Positions 62,792 to 64,000 of a stretch of DNA of 64,000 nucleotides are shown in pieces. The DNA lies in the NCBI GenBank assembly GCA_947447995.1, contig CANFLQ010000002.1, positions 14,002 to 78,001 on the forward strand. Reading direction: 5' to 3'. The stretch comes from Bacteroidota bacterium. Its GTDB lineage: Bacteria > Bacteroidota > Bacteroidia > 2-12-FULL-35-15. Made by a program: the position numbers and the translations under genes. The notes under the pieces were generated by a model. That model saw only the letters and a program-made list of their open reading frames with translations, searched no databases and was not told where the DNA came from. Each line of letters starts with the position of its first letter. Position 1 is the stretch's first letter.

Positions 62792-63550
62792 TTAATGAAC
62801 AGCTTTTATCTCTACTCTTCTATTCATAGCTTTACCTTCTTCTGTTTCATTAGAACCTATAGGTTTTGTTTCGCCATAACCAGTTACAGAGGTAATTCTA
62901 GCTGCTGGTATTCCTTTAGATATAAAATACTCTCTAATTGTTTTTGCTCTTCTTTTAGATAATGCCAAATTATATTCATCCGAACCAACAGCATCAGTAT
63001 ATCCTTCAATTATAAAATTCAAATTGATATATGAAGTTAAAATTTTCAATATATCATCTAATGGTTTATAAGAGTCTTCAGTTAATGTAGCACTATTAGT
63101 ATGAAAAAACACTTGCTTAGCAAAAGTTTTAATTTCTTTAGCCTCTTCTAAAGCAAACTCCTTTACAGGAGGTTTAGCTGCCTCCGCTGCTGCTGCTGCT
63201 AAAGCAGCAGCTTTTAAAGCCATCCTAACTTTGGTTAAAGAATCTCTTTTCTCTAATTCATAAATGTATTTAGATAAAGTAATTGCTTCTTTATCAGAAT
63301 AATCATGAGTAGAATCTTTTCCAATAACATCAATTAATAATTTAGGATCAGAAATACTAGCAACATCTTTCAACCCAAAACCATTAGGTTCTGTTGCATT
63401 AGCTAGTGAATCTTTTTTCTCTAGCTCATATACTTGGTTAGACAACTTCATTAACTCTTTTTCATTAAATCGATTAAGAGTATCGCATTGTGAATAACCT
63501 ACCAACGAAATGTTGCATAGAAACACAATTAACAAACTTATATTTTTCAT
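62792..63550 (-). CDS. exported OmpA_C domain protein without a beta-barrel
   Basis: Signal peptide ending YSQ, duplicated helix motif, Ala-rich linker, OmpA_C (EGYTDAVG...YN..LS.RRA...GYGE.KP...NRRVEI). Confidence 0.85.
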   Translation of the reverse strand: MKNISLLIVFLCNISLVGYSQCDTLNRFNEKELMKLSNQVYELEKKDSLANATEPNGFGLKDVASISDPKLLIDVIGKDSTHDYSDKEAITLSKYIYELEKRDSLTKVRMALKAAALAAAAAEAAKPPVKEFALEEAKEIKTFAKQVFFHTNSATLTEDSYKPLDDILKILTSYINLNFIIEGYTDAVGSDEYNLALSKRRAKTIREYFISKGIPAARITSVTGYGETKPIGSNETEEGKAMNRRVEIKAVH

Positions 63551-63601
63551 TTTAATATTATATTTAAAGATTTATACATGAGGCATTTTAATACAAAAAA
63601 C

Positions 63602-64000
63602 TTATTTATTAATATGTTCACGTAAGTGAATTAAAGCATCTTCAGCTTCTTTGCTTCGTTTATATAAACATGGTTTAGGTGTAGACTCTTCGTCTCCACT
63701 ACATTTACCACCAATATTAAATACCAAACCTATTGAGTGCTGGTAATAATTTGATCCACCAATTTTAGATTTAAATAAAGGTAATTTAGCTAAGGTTTGA
63801 AGATTTATTCCAAACTTTTTAGTTATCCAAAAATTAGCTCCGCCACCTAAGTTAAAATTAATAAACTGATCTTTACCCGATTTATCACTATAAGTATAAC
63901 CTCCTCCTGTTAAAAGGTAAGGGTCAAACCATTTAGTATCACCTATTAATGTATTTAAATCATATTTTAAATGAGCATCTAATGCTGCAAAAGTATGAGG
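63602..64000 (-). CDS. OmpA-type outer-membrane beta-barrel protein, 5'-partial (not in ORF track)
   Basis: Open frame ...PHTFAALDAHLKYDLNTLIGDTKWFDPYLLTGGGYTY...NFNLGGGANFWITKKFGINLQ...YYQHSIGLVFNIGGKCSGDEESTPKPCLYKRSKEAEDALIHLREHINK*. Confidence 0.8.
   Translation of the reverse strand, partial: PHTFAALDAHLKYDLNTLIGDTKWFDPYLLTGGGYTYSDKSGKDQFINFNLGGGANFWITKKFGINLQTLAKLPLFKSKIGGSNYYQHSIGLVFNIGGKCSGDEESTPKPCLYKRSKEAEDALIHLREHINK

Overview
AT-rich chromosomal segment of a Bacteroidota bacterium. The assignment rests on TAnnTTTG -7 promoters, T9SS type-B cargo plus PorP/SprF, fused CcoN-CcoO, and many signal peptides ending in A/S-Q. It is mostly housekeeping: ispH, surE-lpxB-spoIID-DUF2279, clpC/gyrA, queE, PorE-like OmpA, rraA, guaA, LysM protein, hemF, ABC exporter, guaB-3xPPIase-MoxR, yajQ, ndk, PBP1A plus two helicases, pyrD, mntR-mntH, smpB, dapA. 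The richest part is a microaerobic-respiration block at 43.9-55.9 kb. It holds ccoS-ccoNO-ccoQ-ccoP-ccoG-ccoH-(DsbD/TauE-like)-queD-hemN, divergent from a soluble FixL-like PAS histidine kinase and a receiver-Crp/Fnr fusion regulator. TGA-N6-TCA boxes lie upstream of both the cco operon and a neighbouring fatty-acid desaturase. ccoS and ccoQ are absent from the supplied ORF track. Other points worth follow-up: a ~155-nt concentric rod hairpin with a 34-codon uORF before rraA, a stand-alone Cas4/RecB-like Fe-S nuclease-exonuclease fusion (DUF2779-like), an apparently split OmpA gene pair, several candidate leaderless mRNAs, an MntR operator, DnaA-box-like sites between clpC and gyrA, and 7-bp-period repeats. 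I found no rRNA, tRNA, CRISPR array, transposase, integrase or prophage. All calls come from motif recognition by eye; no searches were run.
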